Source of the DNA: Amphiscolops sp. MND2022
Taxonomy: Eukaryota
DNA length: 64,000 nt
Reading direction: 5' to 3'
NCBI GenBank assembly: GCA_964187785.1
Contig: OZ076413.1
Span: 44,332,001 to 44,396,000, forward strand
Position numbers and translations under genes: made by a program. This document shows, in pieces, positions 26,700 through 41,242 of this stretch. How positions within the stretch are numbered: the stretch's first letter is position 1; the number at the start of each line of letters is the position of its first letter. The notes below the pieces were generated by a model, which was not told where the DNA came from, ran no database searches, and saw only the letters and a list, made by a program, of their open reading frames with translations.

Positions 26700-29510
26700 C
26701 TAGAGTAATGTGGAGGAGTAGTACTTTTGTCATAACGAAATCTATCTCTATCTCTAGATGTAGAACGGTATCGGTTTTGTGAATAGTTTTTGTTGTAAGA
26801 GTTGTCTCGTGAGGTACTTCGACTTCGGTATCTATTATCATATCACTGAACGAATGATTTTTGTGGAGATTTTGATCGAGCATATGCTTCTCGTTTATCT
26901 TCATCATCCCGTTGTTTTTTGAAACAAGCAGAAATGGAGTGATTTGTTCTATGACAGTATGAGCAATATTTTTTATATTCAGGTTTATTTTTGTTATTTG
27001 GGTCTTTGGGTTGTGTAAACATAAGTTGTTCTTGAGATGAATGATCAAGAGTTTGAGTGTTCAATTGTTTTGTAATATTATTAATTTCAAGTGCAAGGTC
27101 ATGTGTTCTGATTTTGTCGTTTGCAATATCTTTGGCGTCAACAAATTTTACTAGTGTATGAAAAGGAATTGAAGGTTCTAGAACAGTGGAAGTGTGTTTT
27201 ACTTGTCTTTTATTTGCAAAGTCTTTAAGATTTTTTGGAAGTCCTTTTGTAAAGATTTCATTACATTTAGGGTTAATAGTGGATGCATTCTCATTACACC
27301 AGCCTTTTTCAACCAGCTGTTGAACTTTGAGTGCAAAATGACGTACTGTTTCATTATCTTTTTTGGTTAAAATAAGGGCTTCAACTTGAGCATAGTAAGC
27401 GTTCTTTTGTGAGGAGAATTGTTTTTTGAAAGCTTGTACAAAAGCGTGCCAATCATGTTTATAAGTGTCGTTTAAACGAAAGTACCAGCTAAGTGCTGTA
27501 CCTGTTAAAGTGCATTGTATGAAAGCCATGCGACGGGCGTGCCAAAATTTATATTCATGTTCCGATGTAGGTTGTAAGCCTAAGGAAAATGTAAACCGTG
27601 CCTCAATATGTTGTAAATATTCTTCAGGTGTATAATTATGATCTAGTCCATCTAAAGGTTTAATGGGTTCTGATATAGAAGTAGAGGTATTAATATATGT
27701 TGGGTGTGACATAGTGTTATGAGATATAGTAGATGGTGGTGTTGTATTGTAAGTAGGATTATTTGAAATATTAGTTAAGGAAATAGTTGAAGTGTTATGA
27801 AAGTGAGGGTTAGTTCTAATTGTTGTTGAAGGAGGATTTGGTATATGAAATTGAGAAGTTTGTATTGTAGGGGTGATTGTATTGGATGTATGTTGAGAAG
27901 AAAGAGTATTTAATGGGTTGGGTGTGTTGTAATTTATCTGAGATTGTTGTGTATGACTTGGATTAGTACTGGTGAGACTGTACGATAATGGATTAGTTAA
28001 TATAGTTTGTAATGGAGGTCGAGAACGATGTCTGGCAGTGGTATAATTAGAGGATGGGTTGGAATGAATGGTGTTAATGTTTAAGGTAGGTTGTGTAGTT
28101 TGTACTGGGTTAGTTTGAGCTGGAGTATAAGTTGAAGTTTGTATTTCCGAAGGTGATGGTGGGGTTGGTGTTTGAAAATGTACTGTATTAGTGTTCTGTG
28201 TAATATGGTGTGTATTTGATGAGCTTTGTTGAGGAGAATTATGGGTGTTAATCTGAGTTGAAAATTGAGGTGGAACAGAAGGTGGATTATAATTTCGAGG
28301 AGATGGTACTTGTGTCTGAGAGGGTTGTGTACTATTAGTATTAGATGTAGATAAAATAGAGGTATTGTCTGGATTTGTGTTTGAAGTGTTGTCTTGATTT
28401 TGGTTTGTAAATTCGTTTTGTGTGATATTGTGAGTAGGAATTATTATAAGATTTGAATCATCAGTTATTGTAAAACTTCGTGTATTTTGTACTGTTTCTT
28501 CAGAGAATTCTGATGTATTGTGAATTATATTTGTTTCAGAAGGATTTGGTTGTTGTATATCTGAGATTTGTGGTGGGTATAATGGTTGTTCTTGAGGAGG
28601 ATCAGGATTTTGAAAAAGATTAACAAGGGCTTCTTGTTCTGGGGATTCTTGTTCTGATTGTTCTGATTGTTGTCTCGTATATGAAGGTTCAACACTAGTT
28701 GTTTGTTCTTTAGGAGTTGTTTTATGAGAAGTATCAGATGTAATATAAGGTCTGTTATCTGATGTTTCAGAATGTTCAAGTACAAAGTTGTGATCTAAGT
28801 CAATTGTTCAAAATGTGTAACATTGATTGAAGTAAGATCTCTGTAGTGTATATGTTTGTTTTCATTTTTTATGATGTATGGTAAGAGTTCTATATGTGTT
28901 AGTATTTGAGGGAAGTTAACGTAAGCTTGTTGATCTTTTTGTTCCCAAAGTAGTTGATAGTTAAATCTAAGAAACTTTAATAAGAATTGGGTAAAAATTT
29001 TGACTTGAGGTATAGTGTCATCTGTAAGGATAATGTTGTTGAAGAATCTGTATTGAAAATGTTTTATTTGTAAGATATCTCGTTGTAACCAATAGTGAGG
29101 GTTATCATGTCTTAATGATGATAATGACGATAAAGTGGTGTGTCTTGATTTTCAGTGAATTCAATGAGTTTTTGCATGTATGTGTGAAAAACATCTTGTA
29201 TAGAAAGTGTAATAATTTGTGGGTGTATGGTTCTATAAAATGTTCCGGAGTTTATTCCTTTAACTGGGTTTAAAATAACTTGAAAAGGGGTTTGTGATGG
29301 TGTTATTTCAAGTGTTTTGTATCGAATATAATAGAGATAAGAATCACAATGTTCTCGTACTAATGGAATAGTATGTAGTATATAGGGTTCTGTTTCAAAT
29401 GGAAGTGTGTACTAAAAGATAATGTTATTTGGAAAAGGTGTTACATCTTGTATGAGAGATCGATTTTGTCTTTTTTCAGTAGTGAATGTAAATGGAGTGG
29501 GAAGCATTAT
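26700..29510 (-). pseudogene. Long gag of the giant element, copy A
   Basis: ORF 26843-27712 has a retrotransposon capsid (LTGTALSWY...WHAFVQAFKKQFS) and a CCHC knuckle. It is preceded by a disrupted S/T/N/P-rich extension. Confidence 0.8.
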
Positions 29511-29928
29511 ATGATATTAAGTTTGGTTAGTATAATAAGATTGCCATAAAGGATAGATGTATTGGAAAAGAAGATATTTTGTATTGAATTGTGAATTATA
29601 TGGTAAAATTTGATCTATGAATACAACTTGTAAGAAAATTGTAAGTGCTGTACTTATGAAAAGAAGAAATGGGTTTTGTATATATTGGATAAGGGTATAA
29701 AAGGTGTGGTAAATACTAAGCAGTCCAAAAAGGGGTAGTACTATACTTGTTAACATAGAAGAAAAAGGTTGCACTTCAAAAATTTGGTATGAATGAAATT
29801 AGGAATTTGTCAAGAAAAAGTGCAAGACCGGCAACGATAGCAATAAAGAACCAAAAACAGACAATGAGTTTAACTACAGTGTCTACTGAAGGCGGCATGT
29901 ACTATAAAGTTCTATTAAGAATGTGGAG

Positions 29929-30128
29929 NNNNNNNNNNNNNNNNNNNNNNNNNNNNNNNNNNNNNNNNNNNNNNNNNNNNNNNNNNNNNNNNNNNNNNNN
30001 NNNNNNNNNNNNNNNNNNNNNNNNNNNNNNNNNNNNNNNNNNNNNNNNNNNNNNNNNNNNNNNNNNNNNNNNNNNNNNNNNNNNNNNNNNNNNNNNNNNN
30101 NNNNNNNNNNNNNNNNNNNNNNNNNNNN
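29929..30128. other. Assembly gap (200 N)
   Basis: Run of N. Confidence 1.
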
Positions 30129-31737
30129 TAGCGATGGCTCAAGTGATGAAGGCGAAAAGGGAGGAAAATATCCCGGTGCTTAGCGGGCGTCTTGTTTAGT
30201 TCAATCCTCTTTTTCTTTAAAACTTGAATATCACTTTTTTTAAAAAAAACAAGGATACGAAGAAAAACAAATATAAACCGGAAACGGGGCCATTGTTACT
30301 GGAGTAAAAGCGCTTACCAAAGTTGTGAGTTATCCCAAACTTTGTGCCACACGCGCATTCAAACTATTCCTTGATTTATTTCGAATTAATCATGGGAAAT
30401 TTATAACATTATTATATACGAATTTACACATTTTCTGAACTTTCTGCGTTTATGGAATCGTACAAGACAATAAACGCAGAGAGTCCAGAAAATGTTTAAA
30501 TTCACGTGGTTGTGGTTTCCATTCAGTCGGAAAATGGGACCAAACCCGGGAAAACCTGGTTGAAGAGAGTTGATGGGTGCAGCCGTAGAAAAACGTTTGT
30601 GCGTTAAAAACAGATACCCAGTTAATGAGAAAAGGCTGTGTTTTCAAAATTTATAATATAAATCCAACAGCAAACGGTTTGTAACTAAGTTGAATGCATG
30701 GTAACAGAAATATGAAATATTTGGCTTTCGTGTGTCACATGTTACCAAATTGGTGTGAAGAAATACCACTGTCAGTGCAACAGCTTGTTTCCAAATGTCT
30801 ATGCAGGAAAAATGCTGAGAAAAATTTACATCGTTTCTATGGGAATGATGAACATTTATTTATAACTGTTTATCATTCCTTTACAGAAGATGTAAATTTC
30901 TCTCGACAATTCCTGCTTTCTCAATTCACCACGTGTTGTTTATACCGGCCCACGTAGCAACCGTGGTGCACGTATAAATCGTTTAAATTGTGCAAGAGAC
31001 AGTTGCTAAGTGCCCAGTATAAACGACGCGTATTGAAACAAAAAAAGAGTCGCAAATATAAGACACAAAATAATAAAAAAGGAGCCAATATTTTTCTGAC
31101 AGTGAACACAAACATGTAAATGTAACAGCTTGAGAAATTCTTCTTGCTTTCTGAACATTGCGCATTTTATTTGGGAATCTTGTACTACGAAAAACATTTT
31201 GCGATGTAGGCCCAACTGTCGAAACTTTTGAGAAAATCGTTCCAAGAAATTCTGTTCTTCATGAGAATTTTAGTTCGCAAACGTGCATTTCGAGTCACAT
31301 TAGTTTTCCTAGAAAACTTTTGAAAGTCTTTTATTGCGTTCGGTGAACTGAGTAGAATCTCACAGGAAGTGTAGAAGGAAATGAGTCAGCGAACAAAAAT
31401 TTGAGAATTGTTTTGAAATTTTGACTGCGAAAGTAGGCGAAAGGAGGATAGCCCTTGTTTCAATTGTACAAGGAACAGTCTCTTTGTAAGATTTTGTCTT
31501 TCGGAAAGTGCATTACAAGTCTGATAATTTGTGTTTCTCTGCATAGGGCGATTCAAACTCTTCGACTCATCACGGAAAAAAATTTGGCAAAAACTGGTAC
31601 AATATTAGTCGGTAAGACATCCAAGTGGTAAAAACTAAGCTATCACTGGCGAGATTGTTGGTGTTGGTTACCGAAAAGAAGTCAAACCATCAATGAACTG
31701 ACCTGAAGAGAAGTTCTCATTTTACTCTTTAGCCGAA

Positions 31738-34700
31738 TGTTAAAGGGCTCGATAATCACTAACTCTGGCTGAATGATAAAGCGAAAACAATGATGTAGAT
31801 TATCTTGAATTCATGCAACTGTAAATTTTATTAGACCATGTGGCAAATGATCTTTTGCTGAATTCTCTTTTCAATGGTTGTGTTTACTAACAACCAGTTA
31901 ACAACTACGGTTGAGTTAGGCTAGAGCATGCGCTCTACCACCCGGTTAAACACAAAAGCATACTGGTTAAATATACTATCCAGTAATTTACAAACTGTTG
32001 TACATACTTGACATATATACGTATTGTGGCTACATGACTTTAATGTTTGAAGTTTTTAATTCAAAGTTTTTAAGTTTAATGTTCTTCTTCTTGTGTAGGA
32101 CTAGAAGACAGCTGGGAGACCATAATGTTGTGGCCATAGAAATCTGGTTTGTTGCGTGTTCGTTCACCTCGACGGGAAGTGTTTTCCTTTGCCTCATTGT
32201 TGTTTGTCTCTTCTTTGCGTTTTTCTCCTTGTTGATCATTGTTGGAGTGATTGTCTTTTTCGGGGTTATTTGTTGGCTCCAGTTCCTCTTCTGAGTCCGA
32301 GAGGATGGTGTCTAGCTTTTTTAGGACTGCTTTTTCTTTTCTTAGTTTTTGTTGTTGCTTCTGTCTTTGAGCTCTTTTCTTTAGTTCGATCATGGTTTGG
32401 TGGGTTGTGCGCTTTGGCTTTTCTTTTCCAATTGTATAATTGGGCGTGATGATTGGTTGTTGTAATTCATGTTCGCTTTCTGGGTTTACGTCATTGGTTG
32501 AGTCGCTCTGTCCAATCACTTCGCTCTCTAGTGCGTCGAACAGAGGGGTTGGCGTTTCATTCTCCATTGCCACTTTATTCTTTTGTTCACTGATGCGTGG
32601 TTGTTGATTTATTTGTGTATTGTTCCATTTTGAGCAACATGGTTTATTTTCATTCTCGTTCTGTCCAAAATCTCGTTTTGAGATTATTGTTGATTGCGTT
32701 CGGCCGGCTGGGAGGAATGTTATTGTGTGGTTGCTGTTCTCCAGTAGCACACCCTTCCTCTTTTTTGCATAGTCCTTCCAACTTGGTTCCTCTTGCTCTC
32801 TCCCTGACCAATATTGCAGAATCTTGGCCAGATTTGAAGTCGTCGTTGTTGATGTTGACTTCTTGGTTGTCTGAAATAACCTGTTTGTGGTTAGTTAGTA
32901 TTCTTTTGATTGTATTTGGTTCTTGGCCTGTATGCCGCTCAAAAGGTGATTTTTTCGCGGCCGATGGGTTCATTCTTAGGGCAAAAAGTATTTCTGAGAG
33001 GCCTGTTTTATCCTTCGTTACCATTATTTTCTTATTCGTTCTTAGTCGTTCGTTTATGGTTCGGACTAGTCTTTCTAATTTTCCATTTCCTCAATGGTCT
33101 TTAAGTGGGTATTCTATGTGGTTTAGATACCATTCTTTGCAAATTCTTTAGTTTTATGGCTTCTAAAAATTGTGGCAGGATCGGTTCTTATTGTTCTCGG
33201 GATTCCGTGTCTTGTTATGTACTTTTTAAAAAATTCGATTACTTTTTCGGTGGTTGGCTTTCTTAGAAATTTTGCTTCCGGCCATCCGCCGTAGTGGTCT
33301 ACTGATACTAATAGGTACTTTTTGGCTCCTATTGCGTTTTGAAATGGCACCGCGAAATCTATTGCTTTTTCTTGATTAATTTCAGTGCATTTCGGAAGTT
33401 TTCATATTTGTTTTTGCCGTAGTAAAGGTTTATTGTTCTTACCCGCAGTTTTGCATTGTTGGCAGGTCTGGGCGATTCGTACCACTTCCCTGTCGAGTCG
33501 TTGCCACCATACATTTGCTACTGTTGCCAGCTTGCTGTCGCGGCCCGGGTGTCAGTAGTGGAGACTTCGTAAATTAATTGGACGCAGTAATTTCGGTATG
33601 ACGAGTCTTTCGTCCGTATGAAGAATCTCGTTCGAGTCGAAACTGAAACAGCGGAACTTTTCTCGCCAGGGAGCGGGTAAACGGCTAATTTTGCTGCTTC
33701 GAGGCTTTTTTCTAAGGCGATGACTTTTTGCAGAAAATTTTCAGCTTCGAATTGGGCGGCGAACGTACAGTTCCCTAGATTTTGCAGGATCTCTATTTGA
33801 TTAATTGAATAGCAAATTGGCGTTTTTAAGGGTGGTTTGTCAGCGAAATCAATTGTGCTTTGTTCGCACGAATTGGAATCTGATTGGCTACTAATGCTGC
33901 TTTGTGTGTTAATTGACGCATTTATGCCTTTGATTGTTTGCTTTTCTTGTTTACATAAAACCCCTTTCTCAGCGCTGTCCGTCCGTTTGCTCTCTTTTGT
34001 CGTTTCCTTCTCACTTGTTATCTTCGCTCTGATTGGTTGTTTTGCGTTCTCTACCGGCCGTTCTTTCTCTTTTGTCTTTTCGCTCTCAAATGCCGCTTCG
34101 TCTTTAATTGGCTGATTCTCCTTTCGCTGTCTGTTTTGCTCATCTAAAACAAGTTTCTGTTTATCACTTTTGTTTACCGTTAACCAGTCATTCCATAATT
34201 CTTCTGCTTTTATCTGGTTATTTTTATTGCTGGGCGGTGGATGTCTGGACAAGTAATCTGCCGTCCCGATTGGCCTTCCAGGTGAGTGTGTTACGGTAAA
34301 CTGAAATGGTAAACGTCTATCAACCCTTGTAAGTTTACTAGAATATGTTTCATTTGCCCGGTTTCCTTTTAATATATAGCAGTTAGTGCTTTATGGTCTG
34401 AAATGATTTCGAATTGTATTCCGTACACGTAATTTCTAAAACTTTCAATAGCCCATACTACTGCTAGGAGTTCTAATTCATTAATTGAATGTTTTTGTTC
34501 AAAGGTTGTTAGGAATCTTGATGCAAAGTGTGTTGCTACCCAACCTTCTTCGCATTTTTGCTGGAGGACGGTCCCGAGTCCTTCTTTGCTGGCATCACAT
34601 ATAATTCGTACAGGTTGGTTTCTTCTGAAATGTTTTGTTTCTGTAAGTTTTGTGTATTGCTTTTTTGATGTTTTGAAATGCGGTTTTTTGTTCTTCTTCC

Positions 34701-37186
34701 CATTTCCAGTCTCTACTTTTGCTAAGAGGTAGTCGAAGGGTGCGCATAGTTTTGCGAGGTTTGAGATGAAGCGGTTCATTTGATTTAATGCTCCCATTAG
34801 GGATCGTAGTTCTTTTAGGGTTTTTGGTCGTAGTCGGTCTGAGATGGCTTGTAATTTCTCATCTATCGGTTTTATTCCGCTTGCTGATAGATAGTAACTC
34901 AGCCATTCTGTTTTTTTTGTGCTATTTTGCATTTTTCTGATTTTAATCGAATGCCAGCTGCATCGAGTATTTTCATGACCTCTTCTACTTTTTCGATGCG
35001 TTGTTGTACTGTCCCCTTTGTTAAAATTAGAATGTCGTCAATAAATGCAAAACTATTTCGTATTTTGTGAAGTTGTTTGTCAATGATTTTTTGGAATTCG
35101 GGTGGCATGATAGTTAGTCCGTAATGTCCTGTATTGAATGCATAAGTGCCAGTTGCTCGGCAACCTATAATTTGGAAATGACAGTGTCGGGCTGTTTCTG
35201 GGTGGAGTTCCGTTTGACTGTATGCGTACATCATGTCAAGTGATGTCAATCTGACTTCTCCCTCCTTTTCGCTATTTATTATATCAGCAACTTGTTCCAT
35301 TAAGTTTTCCAAATTTGGCATTTGTTATTTTTCTTCCAGGATGGCGTTATTCAGGGCTCTAGCATCTAGTGCGATTTTGACAATTTTTTCCTTCTTGACC
35401 GTCACCACCACAGGTTGTATGAATACTTCATCGCTAATTCTGTCTACTCGTCTGATGTGTCCTTCTTTTAGTAGTTTTTCTATTTGGTCTTCTACTGCGT
35501 CTTTTCGTTGAAGTGGTATTCTTCTTCCCTTCTGTTGGTTGATGGTTGCATCTTTTAGGAATTCGCATTTAATTTTGTATCCTTTAATTTTCCCTTGTCT
35601 ACTGAATAGTTCTGGGAAATTTTTGTTTCGGAAATGTGATAAATAGTTTCAGGGTACTCACCGATTACGTTTGCTGCTCCCACTCTGAAATTTAATTGGT
35701 TCAACCAATCTCGTCCAATGAGGGATCGTTTTCCATCTCTTGAGATGACTATTCGGGCGTTTTTGATCGTCCTTTCTCCTACTTTTACTTTTACGTTTGT
35801 GAATCCCAGTAGGTTGAGTGGTTTGTTGTTGTAGTCGACATACTGCTCAGATTTGGCATGGGTCTTGCGAAAATTACGTCCACTTTCAGTAGTTCGCGTA
35901 GATCTGCTTGAGTGAATATTGTGATTGGAGAACCGGAATCAATCTTTGTAGTGAAAGGTTGATTATTTATTTTGCCTTTCATTATGAATGGTGGGTTGTC
36001 AATTCCGCCATTATGTAGCACCATATTGTCTTCGTCTTGCTCATTGCTTTCTTCTGATTGGTGGTCTTCTCGCTCAATCAGGTTTATTCTCCGCATTCCG
36101 GCTCTTACCCCAAAATTTCCTCTTCCGCTGACATTAATATTTTTGTGCCGTTTGCACATTCTTGCATAATGACCTATTGTTGCGCAGTTTCTGCATTTTT
36201 CACTCTTCGCCTTACATAGTGTTAGGTGGTTTTGTGAAAACTCTAGGCCACATCTTGTGCACGGGTTTTTTCTTTCGGTAACTGCGTACACTGGTTCGTT
36301 TTTAATTGCGCGTCTTCCACTTTCGAATGTTTGATGTTGACTAATTCCTTCTTCGTAGGTAACGGCCAATCTGAATGCTTCTTGTGGGTTGTCCTTTGGT
36401 TCAGTACACAGTTTTTGTTGTACCATTTTGTTATTCATGTTTTGAATAAAAGTGTCCAATATCAAACTTTCGGTCTGTTCTCCGAATGCACATTTCGCTA
36501 CCATTCCTGTGAGAGTATGCCAAAATTTTCGAAGGGTTTCTTTTGGCGCTCGTTTTCTGGCAAAGAATTGGTACCGTTCTAACGTTCTGTTTCTCGGTTT
36601 GATGAAGGCTTGTTCGCAGTTATCCTTTAGATCTTTTTGTGAGATTGTGGCAACTCTCATTTCTAGATATTTATCTGTTAGGCTTTTTCTGGCTGTGGAT
36701 CCCAAAGATAGAAATAGGACACTTACTAAATTTCTCTCTGCGGCTTGTTCATTTAGGTTGTTAATGAGGGCTGCTATTCTCGGTTGTTGTTGTGTTACTG
36801 TTCTCAACATTTCATTTACTGAAATTGAGTATTTTGCATTTGCTGCTACCATGAAAAGATCCCACCATTCTTCCCATTCTGTTTTAGGGGCTGTATCTGC
36901 CGAATCCCAGAAAGGTGGCAATTCCGATACAGCTGATGATCCCCCGGATGTTGTTGTTTCCCCGCTAGTTGACGAATCTCATGTTAAAGGGCTCGATAAT
37001 AACTAAATCTGGCTGAATGATAAAGCGAAAACAATGATGTAGATTATCTTGAATTCATGCAAATGTAAATTTTATTAGACCATGTGGCAAATGATCTTTT
37101 GCTGAATTTTCTTTTCAATGGTTGTGTTTACTAACAACCACTTAACAACTACAGTTGAGTTAGGCTAGAGCATGCGCTCTTCCACA
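31738..37186 (-). mobile_element. Ty3/Gypsy (Mag-like) LTR retrotransposon, decayed, copy 2
   Basis: LTRs at 31738-~31941 and 36982-37186, TSD CCGAA at 31733-31737 and 37187-37191. Gag with CTRC..H..C and CRNC..GH..C knuckles, PR, RT (FIDDIL), RNase H and integrase. PBS partly deleted. Confidence 0.95.
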
Positions 37187-39959
37187 CCGAAATAGCAGTG
37201 CAATTATTTAAGCGTCCAAAGTTGAATGTGAGACTCTTAATTCAATTCGCTTTTTATTGGATAGTTTTCGTAGTTTGACCTATGCGTATTCGTATCATGA
37301 CAATGATAGATCCATTCATCATGATTGTCAGTAAAATTCCAGAAACAGTTACCAATCGACAAGAATTTTTTGTTATATTTGGTTGTCCAAACAACTGCAG
37401 CTTCACGTAAGGGACCGTTACAAAAGCGAACGGTGAAACAACGCGCCGAACGATAAAATTTAAAACTTGCATTTTTTGATTTTCATTTACTGTGATCATT
37501 TGGAAAACGTTTTATTCTGCTTTTTACTCTAACTACTTTCTACTGATCAGCTAAAAATTCTACCACCTTCCGATTATTATCTGGTTATGGTCGAAATGAA
37601 AATTATCTCAACAAAAAACGACCATCTGTTACAATAATTCAGAGAAGAGAAGAAAGAGAAGTTAATTTCCCCATTACCGCGGGGTGGACGCCGAATAAGC
37701 AGTTCTGCTTTTCTAAGTCGGCGCCCTTTCGGATACTATTTCCCCAAAGCAAGCTACGGTACCATATTTGCAGCCAAATTATCAAACAATGGTGGACTTG
37801 AAGCTGTGGTTTCAAAGTGACTTGCTCAAGGTCACAAAGGTCTGGCTGCTCACCGTTGCCCTTTTTGTTTTGCTTTTAACCGCCAAATGCGTTATTTTTT
37901 GTCATTGACCATACCACTAAGCTAGGGATGAAGGACTTGCTTAAGGACCAACAATGGTGAGTTGAGAGAGATTCGAACCTGATACCGTATAATTCATTCA
38001 GAGTATAAAGTGCATCACGTATGTTTGAATTCAAGTCGTTCACAAAGTGTTGTCATAAAATGTACAAGGCCAAACGATTGATAATTTATCATCCCGCTTG
38101 ATACTCATTAGTTTGTGTTCCATTTCGGATACCTAAGTGAAAAATAATATTAACAATTTTTAACGACTTGTTTGCGAAAAAAAATCTCAGCAAAAATCCC
38201 TGTTTGAATAGTTTTGTTGCGTCACTGGCACACGTAAATTTTATGATTGCGTCATGATGAAGCCACTGCACTTACAGCAATCAAGGTTTTGTCTGCCAAA
38301 ATCTGTAAATTTCGCGGCGTTTACTTCTCGCATTTCCCTGAAGTTACTTTGAAACTCCACCAAATTGGATAAAAATGCCAATAAATACCTGAAAAACTGG
38401 TGACGCAGCATGAAAACTTCCTTAAGCAGCTCCCAAAAACCTAATAAATTTGCCTTGTAACCTATAACTGCATGTAAAAATTTCGAGCACTTTCAACTAG
38501 GGAGTCTTTTCGCTTCAAAGAAAGGTTGTGAATATGAATGATTAGCAAGCTGAGATGCAGGTTACAAAGTTGTTTCAAAACAGCCAACGTTTGTGTTGTC
38601 CAAATTGAGAGTTTTTCAAGAGCAGCGTTTTTTTATATAATCACTTGGTAGTAATAGCCTTTTTCAGCAGTTCAAGTTTAGCCTCCGCCCAAACAAAACA
38701 TGGTCTTGACCGTGAACTGGTTTCGCCTTCACCTCAGCTGAAACACTGTCCCTGTCAAACTTCACAAATTGTTCTACAGGAGTAAAACCAGCATGTTATG
38801 ATGACGTCGCATCATCCCAAAATGAAGAGAAAAATTGGTATAAATTAGATGCTGTAACAAGTCAACTCTTGCTAAATTGTTTTGTTTTTAACTGAAAACC
38901 CCACCATAGAATCATCGTGGTCACAGTAGGGTGAAGACAAACTTTACAGTCAAGCATTTTTTACTCGAGGATAGCAACGAAAGTCACCGTGGTTTATGGG
39001 AAGTTTCAAGAAACGTTTTCAGAAGTTTTCTGTGAGAAAAAGCCCAAATTTTAAAGTTGGGTAAAACCCAGACCACAGAGGGTAAAAAGACCACTCCCCT
39101 AAAAAATGGAATTCTGTTCATTTCTCTTTTGAGTTGAATTTATTTTCTGGAAAGTTTTGTCTCACCACTAATTTGAAAACGTTATTTGATATCATGTAAC
39201 ATTTAGTTTATGCAATTTATCCCGTTTACCGGATCCGTTTTGTCTATTATCATCCTGTTTTTCCAATTTCTGCGTCTTCGGTAAAAGTATTGAATTTTAT
39301 AGGTGAAAATTATTTCTTTCCGATCATCCAATTGTTATAATGGCATTGCGGACCTGAAATTCCGCATTAATTACCTCTTTCGGAAAACACTAGGACAAGT
39401 AAAAAGTATTTTCCGACTTCACCAGTATTTTCAAAATGAATTGTTCGATTGAGTTTTTTTTAAAAACAACCGCTTTAAAACTAAGATTTTCACCTTTCTA
39501 AGAAAACAAAACTATAAAATTCAGACGGCATAAAATCGAAATCTGCAGAATTTGGATGAGATCTGAAAACCATTGGATTTGAAACAGTCGCCAAAAGAGA
39601 CAATTATTTCCATTAATTCGACTACTCAAGCAGCAGACTCAAGTTCGCCTTCAAGCGAGTAGTAAACTGAAGAACTTACATGTTGCACCTTGTCAAGTTG
39701 GCTCAAAAAGTGTCAAACATTCCTATTCGCTAAGAATTTATTTTTGCCTCCTAACAGAAAGCGTTAGCCCATAGTCCGTAAAAGTTTAGTAACTGGATAC
39801 GTTATAAGTTATAATCACCTTCTATACGTTATGTTCAAAACATTTTAGATTATTTTCGTTATATCAGAGACAACTCTTTGTTTCACATTGAAAAGACAAA
39901 AATTTCGGCGTTGGTTAGCTTTGAACACTTCCACCTTCTACCTAGCGAGACGCAAAACA

Positions 39960-40035
39960 TCTGGATTTGATGCGGATTCGACCCCACATTCATGTGCTAA
40001 CCGGGAGAACGCTCTAATCACTGGGCCATCGAGCC
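39960..40035 (-). mobile_element. tRNA-derived SINE head
   Basis: Minus strand reads GCTCGATGGCCCAGTGATTAGAGCG...GGTCGAATCC (A/B boxes), similar to 1105-1140. Confidence 0.5.
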
Positions 40036-41242
40036 TTACATCTTGAACACTTGAATTGACTTCGTGAAAAATGGCCACTAATTACTGCATAAAACGTACC
40101 ACTCGCAAGGTATAAATTTGTTTTCGAAAACAATCGACTGAAAGCAGTTTCAAAATTGGGAATCTTCCAGAATTGAATGCATCTTAGTTATTCGAGAACG
40201 ATCTCTCGGTTTCGTTAATTTTTTCAACATTCTTGTGACTTGACAACATGATGTTGAGAAAAACATGATGTTTCAGTTGTATTTATCATAACGGCGCTGA
40301 TTGTGACGTTTCACCTTATGATGTTCATTCTGGTTAACATCGATCACAGTTCCGTAGTGACCAAAAATCGTTGAAGTAACTTTGTACAGCTTCGGCATTG
40401 GTCGGGCTATCGAGGACGTGATAAGCAACTTGTTTTCAGTCGACGCCTATTGAAAAGAAGAGCACAACTCTTACAGTGGTAACTTTTTTCAGTCATCACG
40501 GAAGGTCCACTGTTGTAAATTTTCACAAACCTTTTCAACTTCACCGAACAACGCAGGACTTGGAGTAGTGGAAGAATGTGGGGTTGTACTTAAAGAGTGT
40601 ATGGGTTCGAACCCTCAGCTTGGAACGCTTCTTTTTTGCACAAAAATAAACGAGACCAAAGAGTCCCACGTTTTTTGGCGCTGTGACTTTTTTCCGACAT
40701 ATTAAATTTTCATCCAGAGGTACACATTTATTTTCTTCGAAGTTTTTTGTTTGGAAAAGTGGTTTAACTAGCCTTGAAAGTCTTTTTTAGGATTTTCGAT
40801 AGTTTGCTTTTTAGAAGATTTTTTGACCAAAAAGTTCAAAACTTTTCTGATATTTCCTGTTCAGAAAAAAAGCTGTTCGAGACTTGAGGATATTTTCCGG
40901 TATATGGTAATTGAACACAAGTTGTGCAATAAAAAAGTTTCACAAGCACTTAAAACAAACAAAAGTAGTAATCATTACGGAATCTCGAAAAAATACTTAA
41001 GTGTTGCCCCCATTTCCTCTAGTGCCTCGCGGCGCCTCGGGGCCGCTTATGTTCCCATCTTGCTAAGCGAGCTCGAACAGGAGCAAAGACCTAGCGGGAA
41101 CGGAGATCGCGAAGCGATCGTACTGGGAGCTGGTCTTTGCGACGGTGAGGGCGAGCGTGCATACACCGTATATGACCCCATATTAGGTGAGGAGAAGTAC
41201 CTCATAAAGCGTGATTTTAAACGCTTCGCAGGAGCAAAAACC

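Larger units (their letters stand above)
16591..29928 (-). mobile_element. Giant Ty3/Gypsy-type element, copy A (env internally deleted; 5' end lost in the gap)
   Basis: Terminus TGTGAGCTGTTAAAAAG is shared with copy B. Gag capsid and CSYCHRTNHSISAC knuckle, protease LDSGAS, RT YIDDIL, RNase H, integrase HHCC/DDE/GPY. Many stops and frameshifts. Confidence 0.93.

Noticed and set aside
29789..30199. ORFs spanning X runs
   Set aside because: Artefacts of the N gap.
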